64,000 nt of DNA from Gammaproteobacteria bacterium (GCA_026710545.1 JAPOQU010000095.1:4932-68931); one strand, 5' to 3'. Numbered from the stretch's first letter, positions 39,043-47,224 are shown. The notes: generated from the letters alone by a model not told the origin. Program-made: numbers and translations.

Positions 39043-39986
39043 TGCACATCACCCTTAAGAAATTTCGCAAATAAGTTCTTTAGCCGCTCGTGTTCTTCCA
39101 TAGCCTTGCGCGTCTTGTCGCTCAGTTTGCTTTCAAGCCATTCGATACGCCTATCCCTGGCCTGTTCTGCCATGAGTTCCTTGGGGATATCAGACAGGCG
39201 CACATCGCCATGCTCCAAGGCCCATCGGGCATACTTGGAACTGCTCGTGATTTCATTTAGCTCCTTTCGGCAAATCTGGTAGGGTTCAGTTCCCCAAGGA
39301 TCATCCGAAACACCATATCCGAAATCGACAACGCCGGAGATTCCGAGCTCTTCCGAAAATTTGCATAAATAATCCGCGAACGGTGTAACCTCGTATAGAT
39401 CTTCTCCAGCAAAGTCCAAAGTAGTATCGTCCCTGTTTCTTAACGTATCGCCCCGCAGGTCCGCAGCATCAATGGATTCTTCTTCAGCACATAAACCCAA
39501 CTCGATGTTTGTTTGTTGGTGCGTAAAGTAAAGGTGCTTCCGTTCCTTGCTAACTGCTCTTAGACGTTCCATTGCCTCCTCTACCCCGTCAAGGCACTGC
39601 CGACGCCAAGCTAGGCTGCCTTCGGCCAGCAGTACGAAGAGCAACGGTGCCAGATTTATGAGATCTTTGTGACTTGGACCGTAACGATGCTTAACCAAGT
39701 CGTATGCGAGCTGCACCTGAGAGCTGATTCTGGAACTCAGCTGGACATCCGGCAACAGTAGCTGTTGTTCGGGATCAAGAGGTTTGTTGCCAGTAAGCAC
39801 CATTTGCTCAACTTTCAGTGCATGAGCAAGTCGCTTCACTGTATTTTGACGTACATTGTCGCTGCTTTTTGAGTTTTCAATACGTATAATCTGTCTTTTT
39901 GAAACTTTTGATTCGTTGGCAAGTTTGTCCTGAGTCCAACCTTTCCGCTCACGCAACGTTTTCAGACGTTCTGGACTGATATTCAT
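39039..39986 (-). CDS. XRE-family HTH protein with a ~240-aa uncharacterised C-terminal domain
   Basis: LKTLRERKGWTQDKLANESKVSKRQIIRIE is a classic Cro/C1 HTH. I do not recognise the rest. Confidence 0.75.
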   Translation of the reverse strand: MNISPERLKTLRERKGWTQDKLANESKVSKRQIIRIENSKSSDNVRQNTVKRLAHALKVEQMVLTGNKPLDPEQQLLLPDVQLSSRISSQVQLAYDLVKHRYGPSHKDLINLAPLLFVLLAEGSLAWRRQCLDGVEEAMERLRAVSKERKHLYFTHQQTNIELGLCAEEESIDAADLRGDTLRNRDDTTLDFAGEDLYEVTPFADYLCKFSEELGISGVVDFGYGVSDDPWGTEPYQICRKELNEITSSSKYARWALEHGDVRLSDIPKELMAEQARDRRIEWLESKLSDKTRKAMEEHERLKNLFAKFLKGDVQ

Positions 39987-40028
39987 AAAATTTTCCTCAA
40001 TCAGCGGTTGAAAGATAAAAAAATGTTA

Positions 40029-40130
40029 CTGACGTTTATAATTATAAGTCATTTTATAAGTTTAAATATAGTGACGTTTATGTGTCAAAATGACTTTTAT
40101 AAGATAGTAATAAGTGACTTTTTGTGTCAC
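40029..40130. promoter_or_regulatory. array of TGAC-N7/8-GTCA palindromes and TTTTATAAG direct repeats upstream of the XRE gene (likely operators)
   Basis: CTGACGTTTATA (40029), GTGACGTTTATGTGTCA (40071), GTGACTTTTTGTGTCAC (40114); TCATTTTATAAG (40049) and GACTTTTATAAG (40092). Confidence 0.55.
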
Positions 40131-40172
40131 CAAGGAAAAATAGGTGCTTATAACTAAAGATCACAACCAGAC

Positions 40173-40209
40173 TCCTGATATACGAGTCCTGATATCAAGA
40201 TTCCTGATT
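40173..40209. repeat. three phased TCCTGAT(A/T) direct repeats (14-15 bp period)
   Basis: TCCTGATA at 40173 and 40187, and TCCTGATTA at 40202. Confidence 0.6.
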
Positions 40210-40210
40210 A

Positions 40211-40242
40211 TGTGCTCACTTGCGCTATCGTAAGTGAGCACA
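40211..40242. other. perfect 11-bp-stem hairpin TGTGCTCACTT-N10-AAGTGAGCACA
   Basis: Read directly from the divergent intergenic region. A T-run follows about 20 nt downstream. Confidence 0.6.
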
Positions 40243-40493
40243 CTTTAAAGACTCCATCTATATTTTTTTCAAAAAATAAATCCCGTCCATTCAATTTGTA
40301 CAGCACGGAGTTGGGACAATTGAGATCATTCGGTTTCATGTGCAGGTATTTGACCCAGATTTTTTGACAGGTTACTGTCCAGTGCAAAAGACTTATAGAA
40401 TTGAGGTACAAGACGACATTGCATACTCTGCCTTACATCGATGGTTCTAGCCAAACAGGTCTGTTAGAAGAGTTTCTGGCGCCTCGTCGTTGT

Positions 40494-41105
40494 ATGCGTG
40501 AACCTATAAATGAGATATTCCATGCAGCGGAACTTCTGGACCGCGCAGTAGACGCACATCTCCGTCAAGATCGGAAAACTGCCGAACAACTTTTCCGTGA
40601 GGCGGATATGCCCAAAATTCGAGCTTGGACTGAATCACTATGGGGTGGCAAGCGGGAAAATCCGGAACAATGGCGTTACCATCGCTGGAGAGAAATTCAA
40701 GGTATAGGTAAACCTGAACCAAAAGTCTATGACCGGATGCCAACAAAAAAGCAACGGCTTGAAATCATTGCTCGTGATGGTTATAACTGCCGCTTTTGTG
40801 GAATCCCGGTAATTCCTTTCGAAATCCGTAAAGCAATAACGACAGCATATCCAGATTCTGCATATTGGCGCAGCCAAAAGAACCTCGACCAACATGCGGC
40901 ATTCCAATGCCTGTGGCTCCAGTTTGACCATATCCTGCCGCATTGCTGGGGAGGAAAATCCGTGCCGGATAACATCGTAATTACTTGCGCTCCCTGTAAC
41001 TACGGACGCGGGAATTGGCGCCTGGAAGAAGTTGGTTTGATTGATCCGCGCGAGCGTCCTGTTTACAGAACATCCTGGGATGGGTTAATCCGTTTCACTA
41101 TGTAA
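40494..41105 (+). CDS. HNH endonuclease-domain protein
   Basis: RDGYNCRFCG...FDHILPHCWGG...N.V..C..CNYGRG (HNH/ββα-Me). The ATG at 40494 is preferred to the ORF-track TTG at 40401, which sits right after a TTGACA hexamer (40364-40369). Confidence 0.75.
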   Translation: MREPINEIFHAAELLDRAVDAHLRQDRKTAEQLFREADMPKIRAWTESLWGGKRENPEQWRYHRWREIQGIGKPEPKVYDRMPTKKQRLEIIARDGYNCRFCGIPVIPFEIRKAITTAYPDSAYWRSQKNLDQHAAFQCLWLQFDHILPHCWGGKSVPDNIVITCAPCNYGRGNWRLEEVGLIDPRERPVYRTSWDGLIRFTM

Positions 41106-41209
41106 TAAAGATTTCAAACAAGGATGTTTTAACCCGATGCTGTATCAATGGCTGGCGATAACGTTACGATTTGAGTGACTGACAACGACACCGAGCAGGA
41201 CGTAATGAG

Positions 41210-41869
41210 ATGACGATTGCCGTTATTCTGTGCGCAGCAAGAAAACACAATGATGCGGGTTATTTTCGTAACAGAAACGGCCAGCCAGCCCGGTTTGTAG
41301 CACAGCCTGATTTAGCCCCACTCAGCAAAATATATACTTATGCGAGGCCCGATGATGTTGCGGATGTCAGAGGTACCTGGCGCGAGTTGCTTTCTGACTA
41401 CAACAAAAAAAATCGGGATGCCAATCAGTTGGGTCTTTTGAAAGCCTGGCAACTTTATAGACATAAAACCTATGGACAATTGGTTCGACAACTTGGTGAA
41501 GAAAACGTATATGTCTTGTCTGCAGGGTGGGGTTTGCTCCCGGCAAGCTATCTGACACCCTTGTATGACATCACGTTGTCCTCACTTGCCGAGGATTATC
41601 AACGCAGGAATAAAGGGGATTTATACAAAGATTTGCCATTGGTCACGGACCACGGCAATGAGCCGATGGTGTTCTTCGGCAGCAAATTTTACATTCCCCT
41701 CTTCTGCAAATTGACAGCCCGGCACTGTGGACGCCGCATTGTGTTTTATAACTCGGCTTATGAGCCCTCTGCTCCGGGTTGTGAGCTTGTAAAATTCAAC
41801 ACAAAAGCCAGAACAGTCTGGTACTACGAGTGCGCCCAGGCTTTTATTGATGGTCGCATTTCTCTTTAA
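41210..41869 (+). CDS. DUF6884-like hypothetical protein
   Basis: 219-aa ORF. IAVILCAARKH... and VYVLSAGWGLLPASYLTPLYDITL recall the DUF6884 pattern (ILSAkyGLl...PYD.tL). This assignment is from memory only. Confidence 0.4.
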   Translation: MTIAVILCAARKHNDAGYFRNRNGQPARFVAQPDLAPLSKIYTYARPDDVADVRGTWRELLSDYNKKNRDANQLGLLKAWQLYRHKTYGQLVRQLGEENVYVLSAGWGLLPASYLTPLYDITLSSLAEDYQRRNKGDLYKDLPLVTDHGNEPMVFFGSKFYIPLFCKLTARHCGRRIVFYNSAYEPSAPGCELVKFNTKARTVWYYECAQAFIDGRISL

Positions 41870-41897
41870 TTACAACATCACAAGGAAACCAACTTTC

Positions 41898-42389
41898 ATG
41901 CTCACAGACATTGGAGAATTCATTGTTGGCGCTTACCTTCAACTTGTCGAAGAATGTGATTTCATTGATTACAATGTCCGCCCTCCCGGTGGAGGTTTGA
42001 AGGGACTCAGTGAATTGGATGTAGTTGGCCTTAATTTACATTCAAGTACAGCTTATTTGTGCGAGGTTACAACCCATATTCGAGGCCTACTATATAAAAA
42101 TAATCAAGAAACGGTGAATCGAATCAAGAAGAAGCACGAACGTCAAAAGGAATATGCCAGTATCCACTTAACAAATTTCAAAAAACATAAGTTTATGTTT
42201 TGGTCTCCCGTTGTTCCTGTTGGTTATATTACTGAGCATTTCGATCAAATGGAAAGTCTTGAAGTAATCATCAACGGTGAGTATAAGCGACGCATTGAAG
42301 AATTAAGGGTGCTAGCAAAAAATACAACCCATGATGTTAATAACCCATTTTTTAGAACGCTTCAAATAATGGAACACATGAGAGAGTAA
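41898..42389 (+). CDS. hypothetical protein, possible PD-(D/E)xK (restriction-endonuclease-like) fold
   Basis: Start at the internal ATG (MLTDIGEFIVGAYL). SELDVVGLN...(8)...AYLCEVTTH resembles the D...ExK core, but the Lys is not in the canonical place. Confidence 0.35.
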   Translation: MLTDIGEFIVGAYLQLVEECDFIDYNVRPPGGGLKGLSELDVVGLNLHSSTAYLCEVTTHIRGLLYKNNQETVNRIKKKHERQKEYASIHLTNFKKHKFMFWSPVVPVGYITEHFDQMESLEVIINGEYKRRIEELRVLAKNTTHDVNNPFFRTLQIMEHMRE

Positions 42390-42633
42390 TGCAAGAAATC
42401 ACTGCATAGGCAATATATAGTTTGATCCTACTGCATATTTCACGGTAAACCTGCCGCCCATTTCATTAGCAAGCCACCCATTTCACGTGAAAGCTGAGTT
42501 GGCCGTTACCTGTTGAGATGGATGACGGGGCACTGGTACGGATTCTGGTTCAACGTGAACGGCTATTCTGGGGTCGTGAACACCGATTCCGGTTTCATCC
42601 GAAAAGTGTTCACGGATGATCGAGATACTACTT

Positions 42634-43311
42634 TTACTTACTGATCTTCAGCTTTTCAAACTCTGAAGGAACAACCTCAAAATATTCCTTATCGAAATTT
42701 ATAAATGAGTCGTCATAACATTCAGGCACATAGAATCGAATAAATTCCTCATTTTCCACTAGGGCTTTCATAATCGGCAATGTACACCCTCCTGACAAGC
42801 TCCTTTCGTTTGAAAGCAATTCAGTTTGTATTAAATCTAAGAAGGTATCTGCCTTATGCTTCCTAAACGAGACCCATCGCTTTGTTACTAATTTTATTAT
42901 TGGACCTGTAGTATCAAAATCCCATATCTTCTTATATTGTGCTTCTGAAAATATATATCCACTTATTTGCACCCATCTCACCCAATCTTCATAAATCTCG
43001 GGATAGAGATAACTGCCCGCCCATTTTTGAACCATCAAGACATAGTATTTTTCATTGTTAACATTTACTGTTTTGAACTGCATCTCAATGAAATTTTGAG
43101 TGTGCCGTGACGGTCTATATTCTCGTTTGTCACTTGAAATTACATTGTCATGATCGATCCATTCGCCCAAGGTTGAATTGTATGACCAACCTGTTGCTTG
43201 ATTTAGAACTTCTGACTGATTTTCAAATTTTATTTCAGGTCTGTTCACTCTGGCCTGAGAATAACCATTAGTTGAGATCATCAAAATAAGAGACAAAATA
43301 ACAAACTTCAC
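42634..43311 (-). CDS. secreted hypothetical protein, very AT-rich
   Basis: 225-aa ORF with the signal peptide MKFVILSLILMISTNGYSQA. I recognise no domain. Confidence 0.6.
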   Translation of the reverse strand: MKFVILSLILMISTNGYSQARVNRPEIKFENQSEVLNQATGWSYNSTLGEWIDHDNVISSDKREYRPSRHTQNFIEMQFKTVNVNNEKYYVLMVQKWAGSYLYPEIYEDWVRWVQISGYIFSEAQYKKIWDFDTTGPIIKLVTKRWVSFRKHKADTFLDLIQTELLSNERSLSGGCTLPIMKALVENEEFIRFYVPECYDDSFINFDKEYFEVVPSEFEKLKISK

Positions 43312-43656
43312 GTGTCTTCTCCTAATGTTGCAAATAACCTGATCCTATTCTCTAAAACTACCTGATTCCACCAAAATATCAGTCAGATTCGTATACAGGA
43401 CTTGAACAAAAGAATGAAGTGGTTGTCGCTGAGTTTTTGCAAATGTACGATAATGAAGCACCATAAACTCAGGATGTGAATTTGATGAGCTGCTCACTAT
43501 CAAGTTCGTCATTTGAGAAACTCTGGCAGACTGAAACCCACTGCTTTGATGAATATGATAAAGCAATCGTGGAATACGAAGAAATTCGCAGGACCTACAG
43601 ACGGGAATACGTCCAAGCCATCAACCTGTTGACTAACCATATCGAAAGAGACTGCA

Positions 43657-44037
43657 ATGCGAGGTAACACCCTACGATTAATACCTGTTTTGTTATGTCT
43701 GGCGCTAGCGGTAAGCTGTGATTCCAAGCCGCCGAGAAATCCCTACCGGAGTGAAATCGACTCCTTTTTGCTGAAACCCTGTTACAAACAAAAAATCGAG
43801 ATTGTGGCCAATTCATCCGATGCCTACATTTACGACAGAGATAAACGGAAGATGATGGAATATGTTATGGAAGCTTCAGCAGAAAGTAACGAGGAAATTT
43901 ATGCAAGCTGGTATCGAGCATTGGATGGACATGACCTTTTGACCCGCCTCGGTCTGTTAGAGATGGGCCTGGAAGTCTGCCTACAATCACGGCTGGGAGT
44001 TGACATCGATTTTTCCGCTGACCTATCCGATTACTAA
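43657..44037 (+). CDS. hypothetical lipoprotein
   Basis: 126-aa ORF with the lipobox LALAVSC. Confidence 0.5.
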   Translation: MRGNTLRLIPVLLCLALAVSCDSKPPRNPYRSEIDSFLLKPCYKQKIEIVANSSDAYIYDRDKRKMMEYVMEASAESNEEIYASWYRALDGHDLLTRLGLLEMGLEVCLQSRLGVDIDFSADLSDY

Positions 44038-44239
44038 TCCGTTTATGGCACCAGTTGAACACATGGCGGGGCTATGCAGCGTTGTGGTTGGGCACGAATA
44101 AGCGTTTTCATAACTATATGAGCTATGCCGAAGCGTGACACCACTGAATACATGCGGGATTACCTACTCCAGTGCAAGGCCATAGCGCAACCTGTTCCAC
44201 CGTATCCTGTTGAACACGAGGATCTCGTCAATTTCGCCA

Positions 44240-44264
44240 CCTGGGGCCGAACCTGTATAGCCAT
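44240..44264 (+). repeat. 25-bp repeat B, copy 1 (CCTGGGGCCGAACCTGTATAGCCAT)
   Basis: 23/25 identical to 47589-47613. Confidence 0.75.
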
Positions 44265-44440
44265 AATAAGTTTTTGATTTTACTGGATTATATCGCTATG
44301 AATGAGCTTTTTCAGCGTTAGAAGACGCTTTTTTGTGATGAAAACACACACAATAAGAAATAGTGGGTGTCAGCGTGGTAGAGCAGACGGGTTCAAACAC
44401 AGATCCAATGCGCTGCACTTAAAATGATGTTATTGCCGTC

Positions 44441-44528
44441 AAAAAACGCTGTTTAAGCCTTAAATCAGGCATCTAATCATCCTTTTATTCTTCATAATCA
44501 ATAGCTTACTTTGGTCCGACCCTGGAGT
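44441..44528 (+). repeat. ~87-bp direct repeat A, copy 1
   Basis: AAAAAACGCTGTTTAAGCCTTAAATCAGGCATCTAATCATCCTTTTATTCTTCATAATCAATAGCTTACTTTGGTCCGACCCTGGAGT is about 90% identical to 47083-47169. Confidence 0.85.
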
Positions 44529-44632
44529 CGGTTACGTGAATACTGGGAGGCCTATGGGCCTGATCAGAGAGACGAAATAGGCATGCGACAGTACTCACTA
44601 TAGGCTACTATTGAAAAATGACATAAGACTGA

Positions 44633-44920
44633 TTAAGTTGCTTTACTGACAGATACCGATACACGCAGACCTGCCGCGTCCAGCATGTTTACAAGCCGGT
44701 CAATTGTAAACCTTTCATATCGTCCTCTGATTACGTCATTCAGGATCGGCTGTGTCGTGTTCAGCCGTTTCGCGGCTTCTGCCTGGGTCAGGCCGGTATC
44801 TTTTACCCATTTTCTTATAGCGATCATCAGTTCCGAGCGCAATTTCAGGTTCTCTGCATCGGGCAGGTTCAAATCAGCAAAAATATTGCCGTCCGAAGGC
44901 GTTGTATGTTTACTCTTCAT
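44633..44920 (-). CDS. higA: XRE-family HTH antitoxin (HigA-like)
   Basis: 95-aa ORF. NLKLRSELMIAIRKWVKDTGLTQAEAAKRLNTTQPILNDVIRG is typical of the antitoxins partnered with Gp49/HigB toxins. Confidence 0.75.
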   Translation of the reverse strand: MKSKHTTPSDGNIFADLNLPDAENLKLRSELMIAIRKWVKDTGLTQAEAAKRLNTTQPILNDVIRGRYERFTIDRLVNMLDAAGLRVSVSVSKAT

Positions 44921-45069
44921 CGTTCACTCCGCATACGTTGCACATCACGTAAAGGCGCAAGACCATGCTGGACACTATCAAGTTGAAAACCTGCATCCCG
45001 ACGGGCAAGTACTGGAAAAGCACAAAGGGATTCGTAACTATCGCCCATCCATTCGATCCGTTTTTCCAT
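44917..45069 (-). pseudogene. truncated HigB/Gp49-like (DUF891) toxin: only about 40 N-terminal residues conserved
   Basis: MEKRIEWMGDSYESLCAFPVLARRDAGFQLDSVQHGLAP matches the toxin N-terminus. The frame then diverges and ends after about 50 aa, against about 110 aa expected. Confidence 0.55.
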
Positions 45070-45121
45070 GATCTGATTATACCAAACTTGATATAATATG
45101 CAACTCCAAGTAAGACATTTT

Positions 45122-45643
45122 TCAGCTTGTACCTGAAAATGAATCCTTTGACAAACGCTCCTCATCGTCAACCAGTACGACCTTTCCTGGCAATTGATTG
45201 CCCCAGCGCCAGAGCACAAGGTTGAGATCGTTCGTTCCGGCTCCCGGCGCGAAGCTCTGAACGCGCATTCCCACGTAACCGGCCGTAATCAGCCAATCAG
45301 CGAGTCTCTGGGAGGCCGGGATAATGCCCGCCAACATTTCCCGTTCCCAGTTCGGGCAACGTAACTCTTCCTCCACTAACCCCCGAGCCTCCAATTGCGA
45401 AGAGTCCAGCGCATCGAAAACAGGTTCGGCATCAACCTCGTAAGCGCATAATGTGATCGGTTGCAGTGGCCGCCCTATCGGGCTGGCCTCTCTCATGGCC
45501 GTAAGCGGTGACAGGGACGTATAAAGCGCGGGGACTCCGGCCCGGTTAAAGCGTCCTCCATAACGGCGCGCCCCTTCTCCCGAAGGCGGTGACCAGTTCC
45601 AGCGCGGGTTATGCGCGCGGTAAACCAGTCCGCGGAAACGCAT
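45122..45643 (-). CDS. RES-domain toxin
   Basis: 173-aa ORF with VYRAH.PRW...GGRFN..G.PALYTS and a downstream E/S. Paired with an Xre/ParS-type antitoxin. Confidence 0.85.
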   Translation of the reverse strand: MRFRGLVYRAHNPRWNWSPPSGEGARRYGGRFNRAGVPALYTSLSPLTAMREASPIGRPLQPITLCAYEVDAEPVFDALDSSQLEARGLVEEELRCPNWEREMLAGIIPASQRLADWLITAGYVGMRVQSFAPGAGTNDLNLVLWRWGNQLPGKVVLVDDEERLSKDSFSGTS

Positions 45644-45658
45644 CAGCAGGACGGCAGA

Positions 45659-46021
45659 TCAGGCGTAGCCGCCGGCCATGACCCGGTCGAGATGGGCATG
45701 CACATCATCCGCCTTGCCTTCCCGCACCAGTTGGTCGGGGGTCACACCACCGAAGCCCGGTAACGGTTCTGCGCGAAACCAGGCATACGCCGCAAGGTCG
45801 GAACCAGTATGGCTTGAGACCCGGTGGAGAATTTCCAGCATTTGCCGCAAACGCGTCTGTGTCTTTGTTGCCCGGATGCGGGAAGCGCGGGAAAACGCAT
45901 CCTGGCCCAGCCCCAATGTATTGGCAATCTCGGTCTTGGTGGTACGCAATGCAGTTGCGACGAGCGCAGGCGAGAACACCTGATTTTCAACGAACTCCTG
46001 GAATTCCATTATATACCTCAA
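45659..46021 (-). CDS. Xre/MbcA/ParS-like antitoxin (DUF2384 toxin-binding domain)
   Basis: AYAWFRAEPLPGFGGVTPDQLVREGKADDVHAHLDRV is the DUF2384 hallmark. The start may be the Met at 46009. Confidence 0.8.
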   Translation of the reverse strand: MRYIMEFQEFVENQVFSPALVATALRTTKTEIANTLGLGQDAFSRASRIRATKTQTRLRQMLEILHRVSSHTGSDLAAYAWFRAEPLPGFGGVTPDQLVREGKADDVHAHLDRVMAGGYA

Positions 46022-46151
46022 GTTTTATAACGTTAAATAACGTAATTATACTTGATAAAATCACAGCGTCAAAGATTTACCGGGAGGATTTGAGTACAAA
46101 GCCTAACAACCCAGGATTCGCCAACCAAGCAAATGTTCAGGATAAAGTCTG

Positions 46152-46577
46152 CTAAGAGATTGATTTAGGGCCTTGGCGGAACAAGGTCTGTCCGGCTTCC
46201 AGCAGGTCATCCAGGTGATTTTCAACCACGTCCACAACCTTTGTGAGATCAATTTTCTTGTACCTGTGCACCATGATGTTGCGCATACCCATGCCCGCTT
46301 GCAGTCTGATTTTCATTTCAGCAGTGATCAATCCGTCTTCCTCCAGCAGGTCAAAGGTTTCAGCGCTGTTCTTGGGCCAGCCGAGTTGCTTCACCCGCAC
46401 CAGGTGGTTGGCCATATCCAACAGGTTTTGAAAGGCAAGCTGCAGGTTCATGATAACGAGCTGTCGTTTAACCCGGTCCTGTTCAAAGGACATGTCGGAA
46501 GGGCGCCTCCAGTCTTCCCGTATCCTTTCAATGCATTCCTTCAGGTCTGCCAGTTTATCAGACAATACCTCGCTCAT
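46152..46577 (-). CDS. hepT: HepT-like (DUF86) RNase toxin
   Basis: The RNIMVHRY (RxxxxHxY) motif is present in this 141-aa ORF. Confidence 0.85.
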   Translation of the reverse strand: MSEVLSDKLADLKECIERIREDWRRPSDMSFEQDRVKRQLVIMNLQLAFQNLLDMANHLVRVKQLGWPKNSAETFDLLEEDGLITAEMKIRLQAGMGMRNIMVHRYKKIDLTKVVDVVENHLDDLLEAGQTLFRQGPKSIS

Positions 46578-46990
46578 GGTTGCGCCGCCCTGCTGCCGGC
46601 CATCATGTCCTGGTACAATGGCTCACGTTGTATATTCAAATCCTGGTGCATGGACAGGACAAGCGCTTCGAATTCCACCCGCGCATCATCATCCTGGCAG
46701 AACACGACCTCTCCGGTGCGAATGATCTCTGCCTGGATGCCTGTGGTTGCCGTTTGGAGATTGACGAGATCCACATAATCAGTGCGCGAGACATAAGCAA
46801 TTTCACCGTTAAGGGTCACCCAGTTCATGAAGTCGACGCCAACGGCAATGTCATGGGGCAGCAGCACGGCGATGTCCAGGTCGCTGTCGGCGCGCTGGTA
46901 GGGCGTCCCCCAGCTGCCGTAAAGGTAAATCGCCAGGGTATCCGGGTACGCGGCCAGAATAGCATCCACAATGCCGTCATAGTTGTTCAT
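46574..46990 (-). CDS. mntA: MNT nucleotidyltransferase antitoxin
   Basis: YLYGSWG...SDLDIAVL (GSx10-DxD). 4-nt overlap with hepT. Confidence 0.85.
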   Translation of the reverse strand: MNNYDGIVDAILAAYPDTLAIYLYGSWGTPYQRADSDLDIAVLLPHDIAVGVDFMNWVTLNGEIAYVSRTDYVDLVNLQTATTGIQAEIIRTGEVVFCQDDDARVEFEALVLSMHQDLNIQREPLYQDMMAGSRAAQP

Positions 46991-47082
46991 ATCAACTTCT
47001 GACTATACCACAAAATCTCCCGCACCCGGCAGGTCGGCCGGCCCCACCGGACCTGGCTGGGCCGGGCTCGTACAGCCACATT

Positions 47083-47169
47083 AAAAAACGCTGTTTAAGC
47101 CTTAAACCAGGCATCTAATCATACTTTTATCCTGCGTAATCAAAGGTTACTTTGGTCCGACCCTGGAGT
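47083..47169 (+). repeat. ~87-bp direct repeat A, copy 2
   Basis: See 44441-44528. Confidence 0.85.
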
Positions 47170-47224
47170 TGCTTTGAAAATATGAATACCAGGCCGCTCT
47201 CTCAGCATTCGATAGATTTGACCT

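Noticed and set aside
40208-40411. Small ORFs as genes: the 67-aa ORF on the minus strand in the divergent control region, and those at 43345-43566, 43509-43727, 43595-43816, 43476-43667 and 43865-44062.
   Set aside because: They have no ribosome-binding context or motif, overlap regulatory repeats or better ORFs, and have composition consistent with chance ORFs in AT-rich DNA. The ORF at 43476-43667, which overlaps the lipoprotein start, remains a weak maybe.
44364-44410. tRNA-like string GTGGGTGTCAGCGTGGTAGAGCAGACGGGTTCAAACAC, as a possible tRNA or att remnant.
   Set aside because: GGTAGAGCA and GGTTCAAA resemble D-arm and T-loop fragments, but I could not fold acceptor, D, anticodon or T stems. 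At most it is a degraded fragment.
44441-47169. Interpreting the 87-bp repeats and TA cassettes as an integron cassette array with attC sites.
   Set aside because: The repeat lacks the imperfect internal palindrome and the RYYYAAC/GTTRRRY core sites of attC. No intI gene or attI is visible in the window.
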